In this document: one piece after another, positions 18,295 to 27,979 of the stretch | Layout: every line of letters begins with the position of its first letter | How positions within the stretch are numbered: the stretch's first letter is position 1 | DNA from: an uncultured Chloroflexia bacterium | GTDB lineage: Bacteria; Chloroflexota; Chloroflexia; QHBQ01; JADMIH01 | Reading direction: 5' to 3' | Assembly: GCA_963797095.1 (NCBI GenBank) | Contig: CAWCNY010000004.1 | Coordinates: forward strand, 544,001-608,000 | Length of the DNA: 64,000 nt | Notes under the pieces: generated by a model | Databases searched by the model: none | Seen by the model: the letters and a program-made list of their open reading frames with translations, nothing else | What the model was told of the DNA's origin: nothing | Position numbers and translations under genes: made by a program

Positions 18295-19968
18295 CTAACC
18301 TCGAACCGCACTGGAAGGCTCGCGCGCGTCCGCAAGCGTAGCCTCAGCCCGTACAGGCAGCGTAAAAGTCACCTTAAGGCCGCCCCGCCGCACGTTCTCC
18401 GCCCAGATCCGCCCGTTGTGCGCCTCCACGAGCCCCTTGCTGATAGCGAGTCCCAGCCCCGTGCCCCGTCTACCTCTATCCTTCGAGACCTGATAGAACT
18501 TGTCGAACAGGTAACTCATATGCTCCTCCGGCACTCCTGGCCCGTCGTCCTGCACCTCAACCTGCACCGCATCCCCCTGCAGATACGCCCGCACCACGAG
18601 CCTGGTCCCCGGCGGAGTGTAATTGATGGCGTTTTCAAGCAGGTTAGTCAGCACCTGGTCTATCTGAACAAAGTCAAACATCATCAGAGGCAGGTCATGA
18701 GCCACTTCAACAGTCAAAATGTGCCCTTTCAATCGCGGCTCAAGACGCTGCGCCACAGCTTCGACCACCTCACCTATTTCATACAAATGCTTCTCAGGAT
18801 GCAAGGCTCCCCCCTCGATGCGCGACATATCAAGCAGATTGCCCACCAACCTGTTCAGCCGTTGCGCCTCCTCATAAATACCTTGCAGGAAATCGCGCTT
18901 CGTCTCCTCATCCCATTCGATCTGCGGGTCCAACAAGCTCGTGACCGACGCCACAATGGAAGCAAGCGGCGTGCGCAGGTCGTGCGACACCGCCGACATC
19001 AGCGCCGACTTCAACTGGTCGGTGCGCGCCAGCACCTCCGAGCGTGCCGCCTCGCGCAATAAATACAGTCTCTCGATAGCCACAGCCGCCTGGTCAGCAA
19101 ACGTCGCCAGCACTATCTGCTCAGACTCGACAAAAGGGTTTCCGTCCGCCTTGTCGGCAACCGCCAGCACGCCTACTGTGCGCTCTGCCCCGCGCAACGG
19201 CACAAAAGCCATCCGATCCCTTGGCGTACCGCTGTCATTGGTCGGGGTCGCGATACCCTTTCCGATTTCCCGCCCTTGCCAGAACGCCATGCTTGCCAGG
19301 TTCATTTCATCGCGGCTCATATTTCGCGCGTCCTGAGGCGCACGTGCGAGCACGGTCAACTGCTGCTGTTCATTTGGCAGCAATATCCAGCAGGCTCGTG
19401 CCTCAAACACTTCGATTACTTTCTCCGCGATTGCAGGCAGCACCTCATCAAGCTGCTGTGCTCCAATAATCGTCCTGCTCAACTCATATAACCGCGAAAC
19501 ATCCCCCGCCCTCCGGCTTGCCTGCCTTGCCTGGTCTTGTGCCCCCGCGATAAGCCAGCTAATCAGCAGAGAAACCCCCAGGAAGACGAACAGCGCCAGT
19601 ACGTTCTGTAGACCGTTTACCGCCAGCGTTCCGTAAGGAGGGATCAGAAAGAAGTTCAACAGCCCAAAGCCAAGCACCGATGCGAACACACCAACCCAGC
19701 GGTCCCCAAGAAAGGTGGCGGCCACCACCATGATCAAAAACACCAGGCCCATATTCAGCAGTCCAACCGTCTCGCGCACAGCCACCAGGGCCGCCGTAAC
19801 TGCGGAGAAAGCAACCGCCACCACCGCATATCGCGCCACAATCTGTGGCGTGTTCGGATTCTCCTCTCTCGTCGGCACAATTCGGCCCGCAACGCGAGGT
19901 CGCGTATTCGTTACAGCAACATCAGTCCGCGGCCTGCGCAACATTCGGTCGCCTGGGCGTTGGCTCAT
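18295..19968 (-). CDS. kdpD: KdpD-like histidine kinase (DUF4118-type TM domain, GAF, HisKA, HATPase) lacking the N-terminal KdpD/Usp domains
   Basis: NFFLIPPYGT, SAVSHDLRTPL, GTGLGLAI; 557 aa. Confidence 0.82.
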   Translation of the reverse strand: MSQRPGDRMLRRPRTDVAVTNTRPRVAGRIVPTREENPNTPQIVARYAVVAVAFSAVTAALVAVRETVGLLNMGLVFLIMVVAATFLGDRWVGVFASVLGFGLLNFFLIPPYGTLAVNGLQNVLALFVFLGVSLLISWLIAGAQDQARQASRRAGDVSRLYELSRTIIGAQQLDEVLPAIAEKVIEVFEARACWILLPNEQQQLTVLARAPQDARNMSRDEMNLASMAFWQGREIGKGIATPTNDSGTPRDRMAFVPLRGAERTVGVLAVADKADGNPFVESEQIVLATFADQAAVAIERLYLLREAARSEVLARTDQLKSALMSAVSHDLRTPLASIVASVTSLLDPQIEWDEETKRDFLQGIYEEAQRLNRLVGNLLDMSRIEGGALHPEKHLYEIGEVVEAVAQRLEPRLKGHILTVEVAHDLPLMMFDFVQIDQVLTNLLENAINYTPPGTRLVVRAYLQGDAVQVEVQDDGPGVPEEHMSYLFDKFYQVSKDRGRRGTGLGLAISKGLVEAHNGRIWAENVRRGGLKVTFTLPVRAEATLADAREPSSAVRG

Positions 19969-20061
19969 TTTTGCAGTTCGTCTCCCACGACTGAATTATA
20001 CCGCAGGCACAACCTGACCGTGCTCTTGCTCTGCCCCATGATCCGGCAAAGGCCACCGATC

Positions 20062-20126
20062 CTTATACTTCTCTTATCTCCCCCCACCCGATCCTTATGC
20101 GTCCCTTATGCTCTACTCCATATACT
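20062..20126 (+). promoter_or_regulatory. second KdpE-like four-box operator and -10
   Basis: CTTATAC, CTTATCT, CTTATGC, CTTATGC at 20062, 20073, 20094 and 20105; TATACT at 20121. Confidence 0.75.
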
Positions 20127-20175
20127 TTCTGTAGAAGGCGCGCGGCTAATCGTGGCGCTCTGGAGGAATCCAAAT

Positions 20176-20538
20176 ATGGCACAACACCCGTTTGTATTGG
20201 TCGTCGAAGATGACGATCAACTAAGGCACATCATAATGCGCAATCTGCAAGCCGCAGGATATGTAGTTCTGGAAGCGTCCAGCTTCCGCATGGCGGTCGA
20301 TCAACTGGCGATCAGGCCCCAACTCCTGATCCTCGACATCAATTTGCCCGATGAGCCGGGTTGGAGCGTCGCAAGCTGGCTCGAATCGTCGATGGCGCCC
20401 GTCCCAACTATCGTCATATCAGGGATGAAGCCCGACCAGCGTCAGATAAAGCGCTTCGAGCCACAAGCCTTCCTGGCCAAGCCCTTCGATATCCGAGAGC
20501 TTCTTACCCTTGCGCGGCGCTACGCCCCGGTCAACTGA
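20176..20538 (+). CDS. stand-alone response regulator receiver protein
   Basis: VLVVEDD, LLILDINLPD, FLAKPFD; GGAGG RBS; start re-picked. Confidence 0.85.
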   Translation: MAQHPFVLVVEDDDQLRHIIMRNLQAAGYVVLEASSFRMAVDQLAIRPQLLILDINLPDEPGWSVASWLESSMAPVPTIVISGMKPDQRQIKRFEPQAFLAKPFDIRELLTLARRYAPVN

Positions 20539-20582
20539 TATTTCTAAATCCTGAGGCATTGTCATCGGTCTTACCCTGGTGT

Positions 20583-20876
20583 CTACCGGGCAAGGCGTAG
20601 ATAGACCGCTCCTCGCGCATCGAGGTATATGGCGCTCTCTGTCTGCACGATCCGTAGCATCACACCTTCGCAGACCGGGCACCTCAATACGATGCCAGGT
20701 GCTTGGGTGAAAGCCAGCAGCGCGCCAAGTTCATCCTCATGGCCGCAATGGGCGCATTCAGTTGGTGTGGCGGTCATCTCAAGCGCGAATATCTCCTGCA
20801 GCACGCCCGCTGCTGCGTTACCGTCGAGCATCATTTCGCGGTCCATCTCCGAACCGCTTTCCTGAGCACTTCCCAC
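20583..20876 (-). CDS. DUF6510-like small zinc-finger protein
   Basis: LDGNAAAG.L..IF, CAHCG, VLRCPVC, YLDARG. Confidence 0.8.
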   Translation of the reverse strand: MGSAQESGSEMDREMMLDGNAAAGVLQEIFALEMTATPTECAHCGHEDELGALLAFTQAPGIVLRCPVCEGVMLRIVQTESAIYLDARGAVYLRLAR

Positions 20877-20890
20877 TTCTCAAACCCTCC

Positions 20891-21685
20891 TTATGGCGTG
20901 CTGCCTGTTGGACCGAAGCGCTCGGTTCGTATCTGCGATGGAGCAATACCGGTCTGCACCAAACCGTTCGCCGCGCCCTCCACCAACGGGGTCGGCCCGC
21001 AAATGAACACCTGCGGTGCCCCGCCCAGCGGCCCGATCACTTCGGCCAGCATCGGCGGGTCGATCCTGCGAGCGTAGCCCGTCCACCCTGTTGGCTGGGA
21101 ACGCGTGAACGTGTGGAATACTTCCAACCCATCGTGCGACGCTTGCAGTTTCTCCAACTCTGCGCCATAGATCACATCTTCGGGCGTTCGAGAGCTGTAC
21201 AACAGACGTGTAGCCACAGTTGAGCCTGCCGCCGAGCGTTCGCGTATCATCGCCATCAGCGGAACCACACCTGACCCCCCAGCCACAAGCAACAACGGCC
21301 CGCCCAACGCGGCCTCCCATACAAAGTAACCGCCAATCGGGCCGCGCAACTCCACCAGATCACCCTCCACAACCACATTGTGCATATACGACGAGACCTC
21401 ACCATCTTCCAGTAGCTCGATTGTCAAATCGATCTCGCCTGTGCGCTCCGGCTCCGAAGCTATCGAGTAGCTCCTTTGCGCCTGGTAGCCGTCCGGTGCT
21501 GTAAGGCGCAAGTCATAATGCTGCCCCGCCCGGTGTGGCGTCCAATCTGGTAGTACCAGCGTGAACGTCTTGACTCTCGGTGTCTCCTGCTTTATAGCTT
21601 TTACAGTAGCGATCTGCCATTCAAGAATGCGCTTCACTTCAGACCTCCGGCCAATTCCCAGCTTCGACAGGAATTCTCTCACCAT
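20891..21685 (-). CDS. FAD/NAD(P)-binding ferredoxin reductase-like oxidoreductase
   Basis: RSYSIAS, GEVS, AGGSGVVP, FICGP, ERFG. Confidence 0.9.
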   Translation of the reverse strand: MVREFLSKLGIGRRSEVKRILEWQIATVKAIKQETPRVKTFTLVLPDWTPHRAGQHYDLRLTAPDGYQAQRSYSIASEPERTGEIDLTIELLEDGEVSSYMHNVVVEGDLVELRGPIGGYFVWEAALGGPLLLVAGGSGVVPLMAMIRERSAAGSTVATRLLYSSRTPEDVIYGAELEKLQASHDGLEVFHTFTRSQPTGWTGYARRIDPPMLAEVIGPLGGAPQVFICGPTPLVEGAANGLVQTGIAPSQIRTERFGPTGSTP

Positions 21686-21691
21686 CTCTCA

Positions 21692-22318
21692 TCACTCCTG
21701 CTGATCGCCGCTGTAGCGCTCTTCCTTCCACGGGTCGCCGTGGTTGTTATAGCCAAGCGACTCCCAGAATCCCGACCTATCTCTCTCCATCAATCTCAAG
21801 CCCCTCACCCACTTGGCGCTTTTCCAGAAGTAAAGATGCGGAACCACCAGGCGCGCCGGCCCCCCATGTTCGGGCGCAAGGGGCTTGCCGTCGTAGTTAT
21901 ACGCCACGAAAGCCTGCCCATTAATTACATCCGTGATAGGTAGGTTTGTTGTATACCCACCATCGCTGTAGGCCGTGAGGTACATCGCCTGGCGGTCCAG
22001 TTCCACGTGCTCGAATAAAGTGTCGAGGCTAACGCCCTCCCAGATCGTGTCGAGCTTGGTCCATTTGGTCACACAGTGAATATCAACGTTGAACGTCTGA
22101 CCCGGTAACTTAAGGAAATCATCCCACGACCAACTAACAGGCTCGCTAACCAGCCCATCAACAGTAAATGTCCAGCGGTCAAGAGGGGTTCTGGGCGTTG
22201 GCCCTGCTGATAGCACGGGGAAATCGCGGGTCACATATTGGCCCGGTGGCACGCGGTTGGCCGTAGCACCGTCCCGCCGCTTCCCTACAAACCCACGTGA
22301 GACAAATCGTTCTGCCAT
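21692..22318 (-). CDS. sulfite oxidase-like molybdopterin oxidoreductase
   Basis: VPPGQ, DIHCVTKW, EHGGPARL..PHLYFWKSAKW, GFWE. Confidence 0.9.
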   Translation of the reverse strand: MAERFVSRGFVGKRRDGATANRVPPGQYVTRDFPVLSAGPTPRTPLDRWTFTVDGLVSEPVSWSWDDFLKLPGQTFNVDIHCVTKWTKLDTIWEGVSLDTLFEHVELDRQAMYLTAYSDGGYTTNLPITDVINGQAFVAYNYDGKPLAPEHGGPARLVVPHLYFWKSAKWVRGLRLMERDRSGFWESLGYNNHGDPWKEERYSGDQQE

Positions 22319-22660
22319 ATCTCCTCCTTAGCGATGCTCCTGGAAGGCAATAGACAAAAGACCACTACGCTTCGCGTAATGATATAGCCCGGCAGCCGGG
22401 CACAAAAGGATTACGAGCGGGTTGCAACCAAAATACCCATTTCAAAACCGCCGGACTGGGCAAGTTACGCTTTCCCTGCTGCAATAGCCAACCCGGTTTC
22501 GAAATGTGTAGTAAGTATAACGCACCCCACAACCCCAGTCTAGTATCGAAAACGCCCGACGCACGGCGTAGGCGCTCCACATCCGACTTTATCAGCCCTG
22601 ACGCCCGAATCCCAGGCAGAGCCAGATCGATCCCGCAGCCGGTTCCAGGCACACTTAAGA

Positions 22661-22722
22661 ATTGTACCAAAGTACACCCAATTTCATGTCCAGTTTTGTG
22701 CCTCCAATGTCATATAGTAAGT
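22661..22722. repeat. 62-bp dispersed repeat, copy A
   Basis: 48/62 ungapped identity to 32186-32247. Confidence 0.8.
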
Positions 22723-23555
22723 AGCCATCGAACCAGTTGTAATCATGTATGTTGCCCGGGTCGGGAGGGGCTACAACCCCCCTATAGCGCGCGTTCAGGG
22801 CTTCGTGTGTCCAACGCACGCCGGTATCCATTGAGCCGACCACGATGCCCGTGCCATCATAGCCGAGGTCCATCCTTCTGGGGCAGGGACCTCGTTTATG
22901 TTGTGCTGGACTATCAGCGGTGCCAGCAGCTTGTACAGGGTGTAGGTGTTCTTCATAGCCGCTGCATCCTGTATCGCCTGTGCAACTACCTGTTGGGCCT
23001 GAGTGGGAAGGTTATATGACGCATCGTTATCATCATCAATTATCATCCCATCAGGTGGAACTTCCACACGTCTAACCGAGGCCTCGTTTGACATGATTGT
23101 TGCCGAATCGAGGTCACGGGTGACATCAATGAGATTGATGATCCAGTAACTCCTGTAACTGGTCACGCTGCCTGTCTTCTGCAGTTCTCCGAGCCTGGTG
23201 AGCAGCGGTTTCTGGGTGGAATCGGCTTTCTGGACCAGCGTATTGTATACATACCACCCCTTCTCAGCCCACATAGAGTTGGGGATATCGTTGCTGGTAT
23301 CAGCCTGATCAGCCAGTACGACCCAATAATGGACCTGGGCGCCAGGCGCTGCGGTTCGGAATTTCTCCGCCAGATCGGGGTCATTTTGCTTGCCGTACTC
23401 TTTTCTTGCCCTGTCGCATTGGTTGGCACGCTCGCAAGCAGGCCACCTCTCGCTACGCCAACGAACGCAATGCTAGCCGTCACTAGCAAAGCGATCAGCA
23501 GCGCTGCCAGAGGCAGTAGTCTCCGAAACGTTCGTCCTTCCTTGGTTTCTATCAT
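22723..23555 (-). pseudogene. S8 (bacillopeptidase F-like) serine peptidase, frameshifted twice and truncated
   Basis: Signal peptide, propeptide and GTGIVVGSMDTGVRWTHEAL...DYNWFD spread over three frames. The His and Ser catalytic segments are not seen intact. Confidence 0.8.
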
Positions 23556-23785
23556 TCCTAGCCTCCTCTTTTCGTGATTGCTATCACCGATCAGTTCGGG
23601 ACGCCTCGGAAGCAGTTTCGCGTCCCATCAGAATGGAACTTGCCAAATGACTGATTGCTTGCCTGGCTCTCTACCTCCCTTCTGTTCAGCGAGTACTTTT
23701 CTACTATCGAATCCGCCATTAGAAATATCGAGAATCGGAATGATCGTCTGGTGAAATATCCTTTCTTGATCAATGGGGAAAGTAA

Positions 23786-23817
23786 CACAATGAGCCGGGA
23801 CTGCCCGGCTCATTGTG
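23786..23817. terminator. perfect 14-bp hairpin, probable terminator
   Basis: CACAATGAGCCGGG-ACTG-CCCGGCTCATTGTG. Confidence 0.65.
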
Positions 23818-24046
23818 GTCAAGAAAGGAACGGCTTACCATCCCCACTCATCTCTTCAGGCCCAATCGTAGCACAAAAGAATTTCGGTGCAACCCCCAGT
23901 TCTCTACCAGTAGAAGGACAAGAGCATATATACTACACTTCAGGAGAATATTCCTTATACTTGCCTCTGGCTTGGTACCACCATCAAGAAGAATTTTCAA
24001 TTGTGCTAACCGCCCCTGCGACCCTTTTGTGAACGTCTGCGTGGTG

Positions 24047-25849
24047 TTATCGGTTTTTGCTCCCGTACTTGGCCTGATACTGGAATGTTCCGAGCTGCGA
24101 GAGGAGTACTTCATATTGAGTTCCGGCGTTTTCAGGGTGCAGTTCAAACACCGCCCGCTCAAAATACTGCACCGTGTAGACCTTCCCATCAAGTTCCGAA
24201 GTTTCATCGAATTCATCAGAAATGGGGAAACCTTGCTGCACCAACCCACCATGACTCTCCCAGTAGTCCGGGAACTTCCCGCCGACACGGTGCCCGGTTT
24301 CGGCGAACAAACGCGAGCCTTCTGACGTGTTGGGTTTCTGGTTGAGCGCGCCGTCGGGATATTTGCTCTTATATCGGAAGGTTCCAAGCTGTGAAAGAAG
24401 TACGTTGTATGGCGCTTGGTTTTCCGGGTGGTATTCAAAAACTGCACGCTCGAAGTACTGCACCGTGTAGCCTTTGCCGTCAAGCTCCGAAGTCTCACCT
24501 ATCAGGTCCGATATTGGATAGCCTTGTTGAGCCAACCCTCCATTAGCGTCCCAGTAGTCCAGAAAGATGCCGTTTACGGTCTTACCGGTTTCAGAGAATG
24601 TGCGACTGCTGTTCCCTGGAAGTGTGACCGTAGCTATCGGAGTGGTCGGTGTAGGCACAACCCCCGCGGTAGGGGAAGCAAGTGGAGGAATTGTATCGGA
24701 CAGCGCATAGACCTTGCCGAACCAGCTCTGTAAGTAAAGTATATGGTCGGCGAAAGCGGGGGGCGCAAAGAGCCTGCTATCTGCCTGAAATCGCCAGAGT
24801 TCCGCGCCCGTTCGTGCGTCCAGGGCATAAAGGTTGCGCGGGCCTTCGCGCTCTTCATGGTTCGCAGTGTTCACGAAAAGCACCCCCGACACCACACTGG
24901 GGTTCGAGGGCCAGTCGTCAGTATCAAACTCCCATAACTGGGCCCCTGTGGACACGTCGAAGGCGCGGATGTGGTTCCCACGATCCCCTGAGTAAACGAT
25001 CCCATCGACCACCGCAGGCGGCGAAGTAGGCCCCTCACCCTGTGCGACCCTCCAAACCTGCTCACCGGTTCGGGCATTAAGAGCATACAGATAATCGTTG
25101 TCATTGGGGGCATAGACCACATTGTCCGCCACTGCAGGGCCATACCAGGAGGCATCAGACCCGGCATCCAGGTGCCACACTTCATGGCCGCTCGTTGCGT
25201 CAAGGGCATGTAGGTTGGTTCCGATAGGAGCGAACACGATTCCATCGCTCAGAGCAAGCGGATGGATGGTGTTGCCCGAACCCTCGAAACGCCACTTCTC
25301 CGCACCGGAGCCGGCATCGATCGCATAGACGGTGCCTTTCTGCTCGGCCAGGTAGAGTATGCCCGAATCAAATGCAGGCGAACCGAAAATGGTCGAGCCA
25401 ACCGAAAAGGACCAACGCTGCGAGCCAGTTCCCGCCTCCAATGCGTAGAGAGCCCCATCAGTGGGAACAAACAGCAAGTCACCTGAGATCAGAGGCGTTG
25501 CCGAAATCGACGCACCCCCACCAGGGGTGAAGGTCCATAGCTGTTGTACCGTGTCTCTATCCAGGGCACGAAGTATACCGTCCTGGGCCGTAACAAAGAG
25601 AGTGCCCCCTGAAACCACCGGGGCCGTGAAAAGACTATTCTTCGGAAGCTGGTATTCCCACACAACGTGCGGTGCGCTGCGCACAGGAAGATCCGCATAC
25701 GCCCCGGATCGCGAGTTACCTCGATAGACGATATCGCCGGACGAGGCCAGCACGAACGATAGGCCGATAAGGTAGATAAGCACGATGAAAAGAGCAAGCA
25801 CAACGGCTACGCCCACCCGTGCACGAGAATCTCTCGATAGACTGCGCAT
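24047..25849 (-). CDS. secreted PQQ-like (BamB-type) beta-propeller protein with two Chloroflexi-type C-terminal repeats
   Basis: Signal/TM segment, many 'LYALDA.TG...W.F' repeats, a PT linker and 2x 'F.ETG..V.G.F.DYW...GGL.QQG.PISD...VQYFERAVFE.HPEN'. AGGAGG RBS at the re-picked start. Confidence 0.88.
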   Translation of the reverse strand: MRSLSRDSRARVGVAVVLALFIVLIYLIGLSFVLASSGDIVYRGNSRSGAYADLPVRSAPHVVWEYQLPKNSLFTAPVVSGGTLFVTAQDGILRALDRDTVQQLWTFTPGGGASISATPLISGDLLFVPTDGALYALEAGTGSQRWSFSVGSTIFGSPAFDSGILYLAEQKGTVYAIDAGSGAEKWRFEGSGNTIHPLALSDGIVFAPIGTNLHALDATSGHEVWHLDAGSDASWYGPAVADNVVYAPNDNDYLYALNARTGEQVWRVAQGEGPTSPPAVVDGIVYSGDRGNHIRAFDVSTGAQLWEFDTDDWPSNPSVVSGVLFVNTANHEEREGPRNLYALDARTGAELWRFQADSRLFAPPAFADHILYLQSWFGKVYALSDTIPPLASPTAGVVPTPTTPIATVTLPGNSSRTFSETGKTVNGIFLDYWDANGGLAQQGYPISDLIGETSELDGKGYTVQYFERAVFEYHPENQAPYNVLLSQLGTFRYKSKYPDGALNQKPNTSEGSRLFAETGHRVGGKFPDYWESHGGLVQQGFPISDEFDETSELDGKVYTVQYFERAVFELHPENAGTQYEVLLSQLGTFQYQAKYGSKNR

Positions 25850-26143
25850 GGTACCTCCTTGTGTGCGTCCTTCGTCACAAACATACATAGGATGGATGCC
25901 GGGGGAGGATCACCGGCCTACTTTGGGAGTCATTGGCCCGACGTGTAACGATGTACCCCATCGAACGTCTGGTCCGGCTAGGATACACCGCTACAGTAGC
26001 ACCAGTTCCATGCCCTGGATCTTCCAAACCCCGTTCAACCGCAAGACCAGATACGGCTGACCTGAAATAGGCGCTGTAACCAACAACTGTACCAGGCGCT
26101 TGGCCAATTTTCATCCTTGGGGGTGTGCCACAGGCTCATGTAC

Positions 26144-26264
26144 GGCTGATGCAAAGTCGGTATCGGACACACCAGGTTTGGTTATGTCATTCTTCACTTC
26201 GTTCAGAATGACAAGGCCTGGATGGGCGGCCTTTCCCACCGCCTTGTCTGACTTTGCATTAGCC
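26144..26264. mobile_element. MITE/REP-like palindromic element
   Basis: TIR GGCTGATGCAAAGTC / GACTTTGCATTAGCC (14/15) enclosing nested stems, including TGTCATTCT...AGAATGACA. Confidence 0.6.
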
Positions 26265-26366
26265 CTGCAAGACCAGCGGGCAAATATCGTCGCGACAAGC
26301 AAGGTACGGTACAATGGCCCTAACTTGCTAGATAGCTGAAGTGGAATCAGGCGTGGAACAGAGCAC

Positions 26367-27929
26367 ATGAACCTGCAGAACAACATCTCAGGGTGGTCGC
26401 TCCGGCAGAAATTGCTGAAGGAAACCCGCAAGTACGGTTTGGAGCAATATATCTTGAGCGTGCCGCTGGTAGTGGGCGTATCGGGCGGGGCCGATTCGCT
26501 CTCGATGCTGCACATGCTACTCGCGCTACGAGGCGACCTGGGAAGGCAAACACTGCATGTCGCCCACTTGAACCATTGGATACGCGGCAAGGAAGCACAT
26601 GAGGATGCGGAGTTTGTAGAGCAATTGGCCGATCAATGGGGACTTGAGTGCACCCTGGCACAATTCGACGTGCCCAATTATGCGCGAAGATATAGACTGT
26701 CGGTTGAGGAGGCTGCTCGGCGCGCCAGGTATGCGTTTTTCGCTGGCCTTGCACAAGAACGAGGCGCGGCCATTGCAGTTGCGCACAACGCCGACGATCA
26801 GGTAGAAACTGTGCTTCTGAGCATCTTGCGCGGTACCGGATTACACGGGCTGGCCGGTATGCAAATGTTGGGGAAGACATATCTACCTCCAACAGACGCA
26901 GCCTTACAGGCTTTTGAAGCGTACGACCCCACCAAAGAGGTGCCTCTGTTTCGCCCGTTGCTGGGGCTGTGGCGCTGGCAGATACTCGAATATTGCAAGG
27001 AAGTTGGACTTGAACCTCGCTGGGACTCCACAAACTGGGAGCGTCATTACAAAAGAAACAGAGTCCGGCATGACCTGGTCCCTCTATTACAGGTGCAATA
27101 TAGCCTGGCTATCAAGGAGCATCTCTATAACCTCTCGATGATCGCTCAGGGCGAAGACGACTGGCTAACCGCCGAAACGTCACATGCAATGGACGCGCTC
27201 GTGCGGTCGGTTGGCACGTATGATGGTCTCGAAGTGCCGGTAAAAGCGTTCGCTGCACTTCGGAAGGGGATGCAGCGGAGAGTAACCAGGCAAGCCCTGC
27301 TGAAGGTGGCCGGGACCGAGCGGGATTTCACCTTCAAGCAGGTGGAAGCGGCGGCTGCGATCCTGGCAGGAGAAGATGGTAGCCCCAGGGCTATGCACCT
27401 CCCGCACGGGCTGGTTGTAGGGCGAGATCGCGAACAAGGATATGTGAGGCACCAGGCCGAGCCGGCTCCCCCCGGCTTGCAACAGGTCACCGAACGCCCG
27501 CTTGTGCCGCGAGACTGGGAGGCAGAATTCGAACCGGAAGCCGAGCTGGCCCTTGAAAGCGGCTGGAGAGTGGAGAGCAGCGTACTCACTGAATCATGGC
27601 TCCCACCCGAGAGCCTTGATAACGATAACCTCACCGTCATGTTCGACCTGGATGAACTTATGAATGAACCGGGATTGGTGTGGCGCACGCGGCTGCCGGG
27701 AGATTACCTAGAGCCGATGGGGCTGAAAGGGAACAAGAGGTTGCAGGACGTAATGGTTGATGCTAAAATCCCCAGAGGGCAGCGTGACCACACTCCGATC
27801 CTGGCGTTCGCAGGCAACAGCGAGGTACTCTGGGTTCCAGGCAAGGGGGGGCGGCGCTCACTGCACGCGCTGGTGTCATCACGAACTAAGCGAGTACTTC
27901 TGATCAGGTGGGTCAGGCGTGACTCGTGA
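26367..27929 (+). CDS. tilS: tRNA(Ile)-lysidine synthetase
   Basis: VGVSGGADS, AHLNH, EEAARRARY, AHNADDQVET, RNRVRH and the TilS C-terminal domain. Confidence 0.97.
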   Translation: MNLQNNISGWSLRQKLLKETRKYGLEQYILSVPLVVGVSGGADSLSMLHMLLALRGDLGRQTLHVAHLNHWIRGKEAHEDAEFVEQLADQWGLECTLAQFDVPNYARRYRLSVEEAARRARYAFFAGLAQERGAAIAVAHNADDQVETVLLSILRGTGLHGLAGMQMLGKTYLPPTDAALQAFEAYDPTKEVPLFRPLLGLWRWQILEYCKEVGLEPRWDSTNWERHYKRNRVRHDLVPLLQVQYSLAIKEHLYNLSMIAQGEDDWLTAETSHAMDALVRSVGTYDGLEVPVKAFAALRKGMQRRVTRQALLKVAGTERDFTFKQVEAAAAILAGEDGSPRAMHLPHGLVVGRDREQGYVRHQAEPAPPGLQQVTERPLVPRDWEAEFEPEAELALESGWRVESSVLTESWLPPESLDNDNLTVMFDLDELMNEPGLVWRTRLPGDYLEPMGLKGNKRLQDVMVDAKIPRGQRDHTPILAFAGNSEVLWVPGKGGRRSLHALVSSRTKRVLLIRWVRRDS

Positions 27930-27979
27930 TCTGGAACGGATTGAAGCCCATTTTCGACCAAATAACAGGGGAGACAGAA

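Noticed and set aside
23591-24032. Short ORFs in the lower-GC gap
   Set aside because: No motifs or RBS support; probably intergenic/regulatory DNA.
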